From: Spirochaetota bacterium | Lineage (GTDB): Bacteria > Spirochaetota > UBA4802 > JAGODF01 | Length of the DNA stretch: 64,000 bases | NCBI GenBank assembly: GCA_029974015.1 | Contig: JARKUF010000016.1 | Span: forward strand, 26,886 to 90,885 | Direction of reading: 5' to 3' | Shown here: piece by piece, positions 1 to 9,393 of the stretch | Layout of the letters: every line of letters begins with the position of its first letter | How positions within the stretch are numbered: the stretch's first letter is position 1 | Position numbers and translations under genes: made by a program | The notes under the pieces: model-generated | What the model saw: only the letters and a program-made list of their open reading frames with translations | What the model was told of the DNA's origin: nothing | Databases searched by the model: none

Positions 1-2
1 GG

Positions 3-142
3 ATGCGGGCAGAGGATTTTCCTAATGCGGAATGGATATTCGACAGAGTAGTTTCCCTGCCCATATATCCTGATATGAATGAGGCGGAAGCAGACTATGT
101 TATTGAGAATGTAATTGACATAGTAAAAAAGCGCAGGAGATA
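3..142 (+). CDS. 3' end of a DegT/DnrJ/EryC1-family PLP-dependent aminotransferase (partial, runs off the window start)
   Basis: In-frame translation ...NAEWIFDRVVSLPIYPDMNEAEADYVIENVIDIVKKRRR* matches the conserved C-terminal LPxYP...eeeqdyVie motif of the DegT family; stop TAA at 140-142. Confidence 0.4.
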
Positions 143-205
143 AAGGTAACCACCAAGGCCGGGCCTCTCACGGAAAAGGGCCCACTCGGTGACGGGAGAG
201 CGGCA

Positions 206-745
206 ATGGATATAGACCACACAGGTTCGGGTTTTTTGCTGACGAAAGTATCGAAATTAATCGTCGTTTTTGCTGGTATCATTGTCGGATTATTGCTGAT
301 TAGGATTTGTATCGTTCCTTTTACGGTAAGCGACTCCACCATGCTGCCGAATTTCAACCCGGGAGAGAGAACGTACTTCTTGAAGTTGGGACCTGTTAGA
401 AAGGGAGATGTGGTCCTCATCGATAGCCCCATAGAAGAAGGCCGGGTGGTACTCAAGCGCATCCTCGCCGTGGAGGGAGAAGTCGTTGAGGTCAAAAACC
501 GTGAAATTTTGGTAAATGGTAAATCGGCGGAGTTCTCTTGGAAGACAGTCCGGAAGGACACGCGGATTTTTCCCATGAGCTTTTCCGGAAGGGACAATTT
601 CCCGGCGCTGAAGCTGAAACGCGGTGAGTATTTTGTCATTGGTGATAATTTGGATTACGCAATGGACAGCCGATTTTTCGGTGCCGTACGCGCGGACGCC
701 ATAATCGGCAAGCATCTATATACCTTGCCTTTTCAGGGGCCATAA
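206..745 (+). CDS. lepB: Signal peptidase I
   Basis: N-terminal transmembrane segment, then catalytic-region motifs including GDNLDYAMDSRFFG (the GDNRxxSxDSR box of SPase I). Confidence 0.8.
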   Translation: MDIDHTGSGFLLTKVSKLIVVFAGIIVGLLLIRICIVPFTVSDSTMLPNFNPGERTYFLKLGPVRKGDVVLIDSPIEEGRVVLKRILAVEGEVVEVKNREILVNGKSAEFSWKTVRKDTRIFPMSFSGRDNFPALKLKRGEYFVIGDNLDYAMDSRFFGAVRADAIIGKHLYTLPFQGP

Positions 746-765
746 ACGGTTTCAGGATACGGAAG

Positions 766-1494
766 TTATTTAGCTGATTTGGATCTCGCGTATTCGAGAT
801 TCGCCTTTATGACGCCGCTTTCAGGGTTGATCAAGCTCGCTTTCTCGAAGTACTTCACAGATACGTCGTATTTTCCCATGGACATGAGACTGTAGCCCAC
901 ATTGTTCATTATCTCCGCTGATGAGGGATTCATGGCCAGTGCGGCAGTGAAGGCCGTGTTGGCTTCTGAAACCCGATCGAGCTTCATGAGCACCAGGCCC
1001 AGGCTGTTGTACGCCGGGTACAGCTCAGGGTTGATGGATATGGCCTTTTCCAGAAGTTCCTTTGCCTTCCAGTTATTATCGAAATGCATGGCGAGTCTGC
1101 CGTATACGAAGTACAGCATCGCTTCCTTTTTTATTTCGAGCCCCTTTTTGACATAATTCTCAGCGTCCTTATATTTTTTTAGGTCCGAAAGCATAAGGGC
1201 GGCATCGATATACGGATCGATACTGTCAGGGCGAATTTGCATGCATTTTTGAAAATGCTGGAGTGAAAAATCGTGGTTGCCGAGCTTCCAGTGATTATGG
1301 GCGGCGAGATAACGTTGTTTATAGTTAGGAGACGTAGGGTCGCCGTCCTTCTTAACGTCAAGCTCGTCGGCGATCATTTTCAAGGATTCTCGATTTTTAT
1401 TCTCGTCGAAGAGCCGGAGGGCCTCCTCGTAGGATGCGAATGCGGCGGCAGAGCTAATTATGAGAATGGAAATAATCGTTAAGGGAAGCCTCAT
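766..1494 (-). CDS. Secreted TPR-repeat protein
   Basis: Start placed at the ATG at 1494 (MRLPLTIISILIISSAAAFA signal peptide, GGAGA RBS upstream). The longer ORF back to 1590 would overlap ppdK. Several TPR-like helical repeats are present. Confidence 0.55.
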   Translation of the reverse strand: MRLPLTIISILIISSAAAFASYEEALRLFDENKNRESLKMIADELDVKKDGDPTSPNYKQRYLAAHNHWKLGNHDFSLQHFQKCMQIRPDSIDPYIDAALMLSDLKKYKDAENYVKKGLEIKKEAMLYFVYGRLAMHFDNNWKAKELLEKAISINPELYPAYNSLGLVLMKLDRVSEANTAFTAALAMNPSSAEIMNNVGYSLMSMGKYDVSVKYFEKASLINPESGVIKANLEYARSKSAK

Positions 1495-1520
1495 CTTCTG
1501 TCTCCATCGGTATGGTTGTT

Positions 1521-1549
1521 CTCCCGGGAGGCCATGGGCCTCCCGGGAG
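1521..1549. repeat. Perfect 29-nt palindrome (13-bp arms, 3-nt loop) just downstream of the ppdK stop
   Basis: CTCCCGGGAGGCC-ATG-GGCCTCCCGGGAG. The two arms are exact reverse complements. No U-run follows on either strand. Confidence 0.6.
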
Positions 1550-1555
1550 AAGTAT

Positions 1556-4273
1556 TTAGCTGTTTTTAAGGACCGCCTGGGCGGCGGCAAGGCGGGCTAT
1601 TGGGACGCGAAAGGGAGAACAGCTCACATAATCCAGCCCCACCATGTGGCAGAACTCTACCGAGCCTGGATCGCCTCCGTGTTCTCCGCATATTCCAAGC
1701 TTTAAGCCGGACTTGACGCTTCTGCCTTTTTCTACCGCCATCTTCACAAGCTTGCCCACACCGTCCCGGTCCAGGGTCCTGAATGGATCGCCGGGAAGGA
1801 TTTTTTTATCGATGTACTCAGGAAGGAATTTGCCGGCATCGTCACGGCTGTAGCCGAATGTCATCTGGGTAAGGTCGTTTGTCCCGAAGGAGAAGAACTG
1901 AGCTTCGCGTGCAATTTCGTCGGCAGTTACGGCGGCCCTGGGCACTTCTATCATGGTCCCCACAAGGTATTGTACGGTGATCCCCTTTTCCTTCATAACC
2001 TTCTCAGCGGTATTGACGATGATTTGCTTTTGCATTTTTAGCTCATTCACATGGCCAACTAAAGGCACCATGATTTCGGGTTTTACATCGACACCTTCTT
2101 TTTTAAGCTGACAGGCAGCTTCAAATATTGAGCGCGCCTGCATCTCGGTAATCTCCGGATAAGTAATCCCTAATCGGCATCCACGGTGCCCTAACATGGG
2201 ATTGAACTCATGGAGTGATTCGACCTTTGTCTTGATGACAGACACGGGGACCTGGAGGTCTTTTGCTATCTCCTTTTGCTCCCGGTCTTCATGGGGTACG
2301 AACTCATGTAGGGGCGGATCCAGGAGGCGGATGGTGACGCCGAAGCCGTGCATGGCCTTGAGTATCCCGTAGAAATCCTTCCTCTGCATCTTCAGCAATT
2401 TGGACAAGGCCTTCTTTCGCCCAGCGACATCTTCGGCTAAGATCATTTCGCGCATGGCCTTGATGCGGTCACCTTCAAAGAACATGTGTTCCGTGCGGCA
2501 GAGGCCGATGCCTTCGGCGCCGAATTTCCTGGCGACAGTGGCATCATGTGGTGTGTCGGCATTGGTGCGCACGCCGAGCTTGCGTATCTCGTCGGCCCAT
2601 TTCATGATGGTGCCAAAATTGCCGGATAAGCGGGCCTCAATGGTTTTCACTTCGCCAAGCATCACTTCGCCTGATGAACCGTCAAGGGAAATGTAATCTC
2701 CCTGCTTGACGGTGGCTGGCCCCACCTTGAAGAGCTTTTTTTTGTAGTCGATTTCGAGCTGGCCGCAGCCGGATACACAGCATTTGCCCATTCCTCTTGC
2801 TACGACGGCAGCGTGGGAAGTCATTCCCCCCCGGGCTGTTAGAATACCCTGGGCCGCAGACATGCCTTTGAGGTCTTCAGGGGAGGTTTCGACCCTCACG
2901 AGGATCACTTTTTCACCACGGCCGCTCCACTCTTCGGCATCATCCGCGTTGAAAACCACTTTACCCACCCCCGCGCCGGGCGAAGCAGGCAGGCCCTTGG
3001 TAAGGACCGTGCGTTTTGCCTTGGGATCGATGGTGGGGTGTAGAAGCTGATCAAGGGAGGCGGGGTCTATTCTAAGAAGGGCCTGTTCTTTTGTTATGAG
3101 CCCTTCATTGACCATGTCTACTGCGATCTTAACCGCGGCCGCCGCGGTGCGCTTCCCATTGCGGGTTTGTAGCATCCAGAGCTTCTGGTTCTGGATGGTG
3201 AACTCGATGTCCTGCATGTCCTTATAATGGTGCTCGAGCTTATTATAGATTTCCTTGAGCTGGCCATAGGCGGCGGGCATGTATTCTTCAAGGGAAAGAA
3301 AATTTTTCTTTCGCTCAGTTTCTTTTATCTTGTTTTCTCTGGCCCATTTCTGCGAACCGAGGACCGTAACTTGCTGGGGAGTTCGAATGCCGGCAACTAC
3401 GTCCTCCCCCTGGGCGTTGATAAGATACTCGCCGTAAAAATGGTTGTCTCCCGTGGAGGGGTCCCGTGTGAAGGCAACCCCTGTGGCGCAATCATCGCCC
3501 ATATTGCCGAAAACCATGGCCTGTACGTTAACGGCCGTTCCCCAGCTGTCTTCGATGGCGTTCATCTTGCGGTAAAGGATGGCACGCTCGTTCATCCAGG
3601 AACCGAAGACGGCGCCGATGGACCCCCAGAGTTGTTCGTGCGGATCGGTGGGGAAGTCTTTCTTTAATCTTTTCTTGATGAGGTCTTTGAACATGGCGAC
3701 GAGTTCTTTGAGGTCGTCCACGGTCAGTTCAAGGTCCATTTTTACTTTACGTTTCTTTTTCAAGGCGTCCATGGCCTCTTCAAAGGGGTCGTGCTCGTCT
3801 TTTGATTCGGGTTTCAGGCCCATGACGACGTCGCCGTACATCTGAATGAAGCGCCGATAGGAATCCCAGCCAAAACGTTCGCTGCCGGATTTTTGAATGA
3901 TGCCCTGGACGGTTTTGTCATTCAGCCCGAGGTTCAGGACCGTGTCCATCATACCAGGCATGGAGGCACGGGCGCCGGAACGGACCGAAACCAGTAGGGG
4001 GTTCGCGGGATCTCCGAAATTTGCGCCCATGTGTTTTTCAACTTTTTTCATGGCGGCGTCAACTTCTTCCCTGAGCCCCTCCGGGTATTTTCTGTCGTTC
4101 CTGTAGAATTCCGTGCACACTTCGGTAGTGATTGTAAAGCCCGCTGGAACTGGGATTCCGAGGTTGGACATTTCAGCTAAATTTGCCCCCTTGCCCCCCA
4201 GGAGGTTTTTCATGTCAGCTTTGCCTTCCGATGCTCCTCCGCCGAAGAAATAGACCCTTTTTACTGTTGCCAT
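1556..4273 (-). CDS. ppdK: Pyruvate, phosphate dikinase
   Basis: 905 aa. The N-terminal ATP-grasp region, the central phosphohistidine domain ([16 protein letters not shown]) and the C-terminal PEP-utilising domain are all recognisable. Confidence 0.95.
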   Translation of the reverse strand: MATVKRVYFFGGGASEGKADMKNLLGGKGANLAEMSNLGIPVPAGFTITTEVCTEFYRNDRKYPEGLREEVDAAMKKVEKHMGANFGDPANPLLVSVRSGARASMPGMMDTVLNLGLNDKTVQGIIQKSGSERFGWDSYRRFIQMYGDVVMGLKPESKDEHDPFEEAMDALKKKRKVKMDLELTVDDLKELVAMFKDLIKKRLKKDFPTDPHEQLWGSIGAVFGSWMNERAILYRKMNAIEDSWGTAVNVQAMVFGNMGDDCATGVAFTRDPSTGDNHFYGEYLINAQGEDVVAGIRTPQQVTVLGSQKWARENKIKETERKKNFLSLEEYMPAAYGQLKEIYNKLEHHYKDMQDIEFTIQNQKLWMLQTRNGKRTAAAAVKIAVDMVNEGLITKEQALLRIDPASLDQLLHPTIDPKAKRTVLTKGLPASPGAGVGKVVFNADDAEEWSGRGEKVILVRVETSPEDLKGMSAAQGILTARGGMTSHAAVVARGMGKCCVSGCGQLEIDYKKKLFKVGPATVKQGDYISLDGSSGEVMLGEVKTIEARLSGNFGTIMKWADEIRKLGVRTNADTPHDATVARKFGAEGIGLCRTEHMFFEGDRIKAMREMILAEDVAGRKKALSKLLKMQRKDFYGILKAMHGFGVTIRLLDPPLHEFVPHEDREQKEIAKDLQVPVSVIKTKVESLHEFNPMLGHRGCRLGITYPEITEMQARSIFEAACQLKKEGVDVKPEIMVPLVGHVNELKMQKQIIVNTAEKVMKEKGITVQYLVGTMIEVPRAAVTADEIAREAQFFSFGTNDLTQMTFGYSRDDAGKFLPEYIDKKILPGDPFRTLDRDGVGKLVKMAVEKGRSVKSGLKLGICGEHGGDPGSVEFCHMVGLDYVSCSPFRVPIARLAAAQAVLKNS

Positions 4274-4466
4274 CCCGATATCTCCTTGCTATCAATGATT
4301 GATAATCAGTGCGGGATTGTATATACCGAAATGACTGTATAAGGTCAAGTCGATTTATCGGAGCAAAAAGAAAAAAGTGTCGTCATTTATGAATAGCGGT
4401 TATATTATTCACATCGATTTTTTTGAAGAATACTTTGCCGCAGATAGCAGTACACGGTAAGGGGTT

Positions 4467-5780
4467 TTGAATATGAAAATATTTAAGGGAATTGGGGCCT
4501 TGCTCTGTGCCGCGTCAATGGGCGGCAGTGTCATCGCTCAGGGTCTATCCTCGTCAATGGGTGGCATTACGACAGTTGTAAACGACGGACCAATGGATGC
4601 AATACGTAATCCGGCCCTCCTTGTCCGCGAAAAGAAGACAGCGGGAATTGGCCTGTCTTTGATGTACCGACCTTATGTATCTCAATCTCTGTCCGCGGAT
4701 ATGGATGTGCAATCTCCCTGGTTATCATTCGAGGACAAGGAGCTCTCTTTCGTTGATCCGGAATTATTTATGGCCCTTGGAGGCTGTGCGGCTTATTATA
4801 AAACAGACCGTCATTCAGTGGCGTTTTCTTTTTCCCAATCCCGGGAATCCGAAAGCGGGGGTTCTTTAATTAGATATGATGTCTCTCCCGCCTTTACTAC
4901 TATAAGATTTTTCTCGGACAAAGAGAGTACAACCTGGAAATCCGAGGGTTTCGTTAGTTATGGTTTTCGCGTAGGGGACGGGTTTTCAGTAGGAATTATG
5001 TTTCAACTGCAAAGAAAGGTTGAAAAATCCGGCGAAACGATTAAAAGCTATTTTGATACAACCTATGTCACATTTGAGAACAGGGGAAGGACGTCATTTA
5101 TTCACTCGTCTACCGTAAAGGCGGGCGCCCTCTATGTCGCGGGCAGATTTCAGGCAGGGCTCATTGCATCAGCCGGAGAGTACTCTTTTATGTTGACGGA
5201 TTATCGTGACATAAAAATCGATTACAGCGGGTCAGATAGTTATTACATTTCAGATACAACGTCGCTGACGAGGGCGTACAGTGCCGGCCCGGGAGGCCTT
5301 GCGGGAATTTCCTATGACCTGACGGGCGCTATCACGATTGCCGCTGAAGCGGGGGGAGTTTTCCCGGTTACCTATTCACGGTCAATGTTGTCGCCTTCAA
5401 CGGCGGGGTATTTCAAATTTGAAGAAGAGACGGAAAACTGTGGCGGTTTCTTTTTTGCCGCAGGCATGAAGTATACGGTGGACCACAGCCTTGCATTGGC
5501 ATGGGGCGCCCATGGGATGTTTTTCTCTTTCAAAACTAATGGGGAAACAAACACTTCTAAGGACGTATCCAATATGTCGATTAGTTATTTCAGTTTCAGG
5601 TTTGGTATTGAAAAAAGGATCGTAACGAATGGATATATTGCGCTTTTTACGGCCGCCGAATGCACCAGCATCGAGGTAAATTCTCACCAGGCCCATGGGG
5701 GAGGGCTAGAAATGAGATTTTCTTTAGCCCAGGCCCGGACGTATATTCTGGGCGGGTTGTCTTACATCCATTATTACTAA
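4467..5780 (+). CDS. Hypothetical outer-membrane beta-barrel protein
   Basis: Signal peptide (MKIFKGIGALLCAASMGGSVIAQG), alternating amphipathic beta-strand pattern, and a C-terminal aromatic end (...YIHYY) typical of outer-membrane proteins. Confidence 0.45.
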   Translation: MNMKIFKGIGALLCAASMGGSVIAQGLSSSMGGITTVVNDGPMDAIRNPALLVREKKTAGIGLSLMYRPYVSQSLSADMDVQSPWLSFEDKELSFVDPELFMALGGCAAYYKTDRHSVAFSFSQSRESESGGSLIRYDVSPAFTTIRFFSDKESTTWKSEGFVSYGFRVGDGFSVGIMFQLQRKVEKSGETIKSYFDTTYVTFENRGRTSFIHSSTVKAGALYVAGRFQAGLIASAGEYSFMLTDYRDIKIDYSGSDSYYISDTTSLTRAYSAGPGGLAGISYDLTGAITIAAEAGGVFPVTYSRSMLSPSTAGYFKFEEETENCGGFFFAAGMKYTVDHSLALAWGAHGMFFSFKTNGETNTSKDVSNMSISYFSFRFGIEKRIVTNGYIALFTAAECTSIEVNSHQAHGGGLEMRFSLAQARTYILGGLSYIHYY

Positions 5781-5795
5781 TTGGGACATGACTGT

Positions 5796-6737
5796 TTAGA
5801 GGTATTTGTTCACCCGCCGAAGAAAACATGCGTCGAAATTTTCGCACCTGGCGCAGTATTCGTCGTCTTCATTAAAATCCGCTTCTTCACAGATGCCATG
5901 TATATTGCCCTCTGTCATGATGCGGATGTAGTTTATGTACTGCACCTCATCGTCGTTAAGTGCGTCGGCGCCGTGCCTTTCAAGTTTTTTAAGTATTGCG
6001 ATCTTGTATTCCGTGTTCTTGTCGAAGTGTGTATTAGATTTTTCCTGGAGGGTCCTTTTGTGTTCATCGAGGTTTTTCATCAGCCTGTTTTGCATAATCT
6101 TTGTCTTGAACGAAATTGTATGTTTTCGGAAAATCAGGAAATAAACGAGGCCGAAAAAAAGCCCTCCTAAGTGTCCCAGATGGGAAATATTGCTAACGCC
6201 GCCCTGGAGCTCCAGGAAAAGCTCAAGGAGACCGTAAAGGACCACAAGATACTTTGCCTTAATGGGGAGGAAGAAAAACAGCAGAAGCTCCGCATTGGGA
6301 TACAATATGCCGAAGGCGAGCAGAAGGCCGAATACGGCCCCGGATGCGCCAATGGTTGGGATAAGCAAAAAAGGACTTTCCGGCCCATGGATTATCAGGC
6401 TGAAAACAAAGATGGTGATGCCGGCGCCTATGCCGGTGAAAAAATAGTAAAAGAGAAAGCGCCTGCTACCCCATTCCTGTTCGATGGGGATGCCGAAAAT
6501 AAGGACGGCATACATATTAAAAAGGATATGGGGAAAGTTCGCATGAAGGAACATATAGGACGCAAACTGCCACAGATAATGCTTTTCGATAATGGTATAA
6601 GGTTTTAAAGCGAAGTATTCAAGTATTATATCCATGCTTCCCATTGTTTGGAAGATGAAGATGATGATATTTACGACTATCAGTTTCATTACAAGCCCCT
6701 GATAGCCCCGCTGGTTTTCCATTTTCATTTTAGGCAA
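5796..6737 (-). CDS. Rhomboid-family intramembrane serine protease with a Cys-containing C-terminal cytoplasmic tail
   Basis: Rhomboid catalytic motifs GASGAVFGLL (Ser) and HLGHLGGL (His) in a polytopic membrane core. About 110 aa of tail carries CEEADF...EYCARCENFDAC. Confidence 0.75.
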   Translation of the reverse strand: MPKMKMENQRGYQGLVMKLIVVNIIIFIFQTMGSMDIILEYFALKPYTIIEKHYLWQFASYMFLHANFPHILFNMYAVLIFGIPIEQEWGSRRFLFYYFFTGIGAGITIFVFSLIIHGPESPFLLIPTIGASGAVFGLLLAFGILYPNAELLLFFFLPIKAKYLVVLYGLLELFLELQGGVSNISHLGHLGGLFFGLVYFLIFRKHTISFKTKIMQNRLMKNLDEHKRTLQEKSNTHFDKNTEYKIAILKKLERHGADALNDDEVQYINYIRIMTEGNIHGICEEADFNEDDEYCARCENFDACFLRRVNKYL

Positions 6738-6903
6738 CCTCTAATTAGGTTTTCCCGCCAGCCTTAGGCGGGCGGGAAAATTCAATACCGGCAACCTGTA
6801 ATTATGAGGTTTTTCCGCCCGTCTTCGGGGGGGGACCTCAGTGCATAGTGTGCCGGTAGTTGTAATTTATGGGAACCTTAAAATAATATTTTTTGATGTT
6901 CCC
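6733..6903 (+). repeat. MITE-like modular repeat, copy A (composite, with the left inverted repeat and hairpin modules duplicated in tandem)
   Basis: GGCAACCTCTAAT + hairpin AGGTTTTCCCGCCAGCCTTAGGCGGGCGGGAAAA, then a second GGCAACCTGTAAT + hairpin, then TGCCGGTAGTTGTAATTTATGGGAACC and the right end ...GATGTTCCC. Flanked by TTTA at 6729-6732 and 6904-6907. Confidence 0.7.
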
Positions 6904-6967
6904 TTTAGCCTATTCCATCATTGTTGATGAGTATTCCGAAACTACAGTTCGAAGGGGTAGCGTAAAG

Positions 6968-7303
6968 TCATTTTTTCCACAGTGGACATATTTCGGACGA
7001 CCCCGGCATGAATCGCCTGCATACCATGGGACGGGTTTCGTATATCTCGCAGGAGTAGCGGCCTTCCTCCCATACGAGAAAAGGACAGCCGCTGATTGTC
7101 CTTCCGGTCTTTGAGGAAACGAGATGGTCTCCAACCCAGAGGGGGCTTTCATTTTCGAGGATATGGAAAATGTCGTCCCTTAGCTCCCTCCTCCATCTCT
7201 CGTGGTCTTCTGTTTCTATAAGGTCAACCAGGGCCGCCATGTTGGCCAGGCAGCATTTGCCGCATCGGATACATTCGATATTTTTTATCTTTTTGTTTTT
7301 CAT
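6968..7303 (-). CDS. YkgJ/UPF0153-family Fe-S or Zn-binding protein
   Basis: CIRCGKCC (CxxCxxCC) near the N-terminus, further conserved Cys (CPF, CEIY, CRRF), about 110 aa. Confidence 0.5.
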   Translation of the reverse strand: MKNKKIKNIECIRCGKCCLANMAALVDLIETEDHERWRRELRDDIFHILENESPLWVGDHLVSSKTGRTISGCPFLVWEEGRYSCEIYETRPMVCRRFMPGSSEICPLWKK

Positions 7304-7506
7304 GACCCTGGGGTAAAGTGTCCCGCTCCTCGTCCGGGGCCGAGGACGTCAAAAATATTTGACATTGTAAATATTACGGCTATCGTTATTATTTGGCAAC
7401 TTTTATTAGTTTTCCTGTGAATTTGTGCGGAGGGCCGCCTTTCCCCGAAATATGCCCTGTCATTTCCTGCGGGAAATGATTTATATTTAAAGGATGGTTT
7501 TGAATA

Positions 7507-9393
7507 GTGTGTATGATGAACTATATTTGTCGAATGTCGCAGATTATTGCCTTCATTTTGGCGCTCACGCCGCTCTATGCCGCCGAGTTTCGCCTGGAGG
7601 CGACGCCTTCAGCTCTGGAAATTCCTGCGGGCGGAGAGGGCCTTGTCAGTCTGGTGTTCGACATCCCCGGGGGAAGCCATATTTACGGAAATCCCCTTGG
7701 ACCCGGCACGGGGAAACCTACCACCGTGTCGGTCCAAAATACCCATAGGGGCATCGTCTTCAAAGCTCCCCGATTTTCCGAGGCGAAGATTCATTTTTCC
7801 CAGGGCGACAGAGGTTATGTCAGGATATACGAGAAAAAAGCATATATATTTCTTCCCGTCACGGTAAGAAAAGATGTTGTTCCGGGTAAAAAGAGGGTCG
7901 TTCTTACGGTCGATTCTCTCTTGTGCAGTCAGAACAGTTGTGTTCCCAAAATAATGAATCTGGATTATGTGGTGAAGGTCCTGCCCGAAGGGAGTCGGAC
8001 CTCATCAGCAGACCCACTCCTTCTCGAAATGTCACGGCGTGCGAAGGAAGCAGGGAGCGCGCTGGATCCAATTTCGGGTAAAGCCGGAAGTGAGACTGAA
8101 CAGGTTGATATACCTTACGATTTCCAGCCGAGGTATCTTGCCGGGGAGAATGTCACAAATATCATCCAGGCGATTTTATTCGGCATCATTGCCGGACTCA
8201 TACTGAACTTCATGCCCTGTGTTCTTCCCGTTGTGAGCCTCAAAGTAGTCGGCTTCATCACCATGGGGCATGACGACAGGAAGAAAGTGCTGAAGATGGG
8301 GATTCTTTTTTCTTTAGGCATCCTCACGGTGTTTCTTGTCCTTGCAACCCTGGCGGCATTCCTGGGGTTTGGCTGGGGGGAACTTTTCAAGAAACAGGGT
8401 TTTTTGCTGGTGATGATCGGCATTGTCTTCGCGATGGGATTGTCAATGTTTGAGGTTTTTACTCTGTCTCCGCCTTCGTTTTCGGGAAAGGCCCCAGGGG
8501 AAGGTCTCCATCCTTTGTTGGAGTCGTACGGTAAGGGGCTCCTGGCGACGCTCCTCGCCACGCCCTGCAGCGGCCCCTTTCTCGGAGGCACCCTGGCCTG
8601 GGCGCTTTTACAGCCTCCCGTCATCGTCTTCGTCATCTTTACGAGCGTCGGCCTGGGGATGGCCGTCCCTTATCTTGTCCTCTCCGCGAAACCATCCCTT
8701 CTTAAGTTTATTCCAAAACCGGGGGAATGGACAATCACTCTGGAAAGGTTCATGGGCTTCTTGCTGATGGGGACCACGGTCTATCTACTGGGAATTTTAG
8801 AACAGGGGCTCCTGTTGCCGGCACTCTGGTTTCTTCTTCTCGTTTTCATGGCATTCTGGCAGTATGGAAAATACGGTTCTCCGGTAAACCCGCCGCTAAC
8901 GAGGGCATTGTCGGCGGCCGCTCTTCTCATCATTCTCGTCGGAGGATACTGGTCCATATTCCATTCCCAGGGCGGCGCGGGTAGCGAAGGAACGGAAATA
9001 CACTCCGGAGACTTCAGCTTGCGGAAACTCGCGGAGAACAACGGTTTGGGGAAGATAACTGTCGTAAAGTTCACCGCGGACTGGTGTCCCAATTGCAGGC
9101 TCGTTGAGAGCACGTCCCTATACACCGAAAAAGTGGGCAGGCTTATCAGGGAAAACGGGATTGATCTCGTGACGGCGGACATTACCCGCCACAATGCCGA
9201 GGCTGAGGGTGTGATGAAAAAACTTGGCACCCGTTCCATCCCCTTTCTCGCGGTCTTTCCTCCCGGCGAAGGTTTTACGAGGCCCTGGTGCCTTCGTGAT
9301 ATGTATTCAGAAGACGATGTGGTGGGCGCCCTTATGAAGGCGCTGAAGGAAGTCCCCGAAATAAGCGTGGACGATATAATTTTTGGAAAGTGA
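7507..9393 (+). CDS. dsbD: Thiol:disulfide interchange protein DsbD (N-terminal periplasmic domain, CcdA-like transmembrane core, C-terminal thioredoxin domain)
   Basis: Signal peptide, a polytopic membrane core with paired Cys (FMPCVLPV, ATPCSGPF), and a C-terminal thioredoxin fold with WCPNC. Confidence 0.8.
   Translation: MCMMNYICRMSQIIAFILALTPLYAAEFRLEATPSALEIPAGGEGLVSLVFDIPGGSHIYGNPLGPGTGKPTTVSVQNTHRGIVFKAPRFSEAKIHFSQGDRGYVRIYEKKAYIFLPVTVRKDVVPGKKRVVLTVDSLLCSQNSCVPKIMNLDYVVKVLPEGSRTSSADPLLLEMSRRAKEAGSALDPISGKAGSETEQVDIPYDFQPRYLAGENVTNIIQAILFGIIAGLILNFMPCVLPVVSLKVVGFITMGHDDRKKVLKMGILFSLGILTVFLVLATLAAFLGFGWGELFKKQGFLLVMIGIVFAMGLSMFEVFTLSPPSFSGKAPGEGLHPLLESYGKGLLATLLATPCSGPFLGGTLAWALLQPPVIVFVIFTSVGLGMAVPYLVLSAKPSLLKFIPKPGEWTITLERFMGFLLMGTTVYLLGILEQGLLLPALWFLLLVFMAFWQYGKYGSPVNPPLTRALSAAALLIILVGGYWSIFHSQGGAGSEGTEIHSGDFSLRKLAENNGLGKITVVKFTADWCPNCRLVESTSLYTEKVGRLIRENGIDLVTADITRHNAEAEGVMKKLGTRSIPFLAVFPPGEGFTRPWCLRDMYSEDDVVGALMKALKEVPEISVDDIIFGK

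Noticed and set aside
1495-1590. N-terminal 32-codon extension of the TPR ORF (ORF track start at 1590)
   Set aside because: It would overlap the 3' end of ppdK on the same strand. The internal ATG at 1494 has a GGAGA RBS and opens a clean signal peptide.
2400-3845. Several 60-150-aa ORFs antisense to or overlapping ppdK (for example 2400-2696, 2784-3050, 3227-3667)
   Set aside because: They are entirely embedded in the strongly supported 905-aa ppdK reading frame on the opposite strand and show no motifs. They are typical spurious ORFs in GC-balanced DNA.
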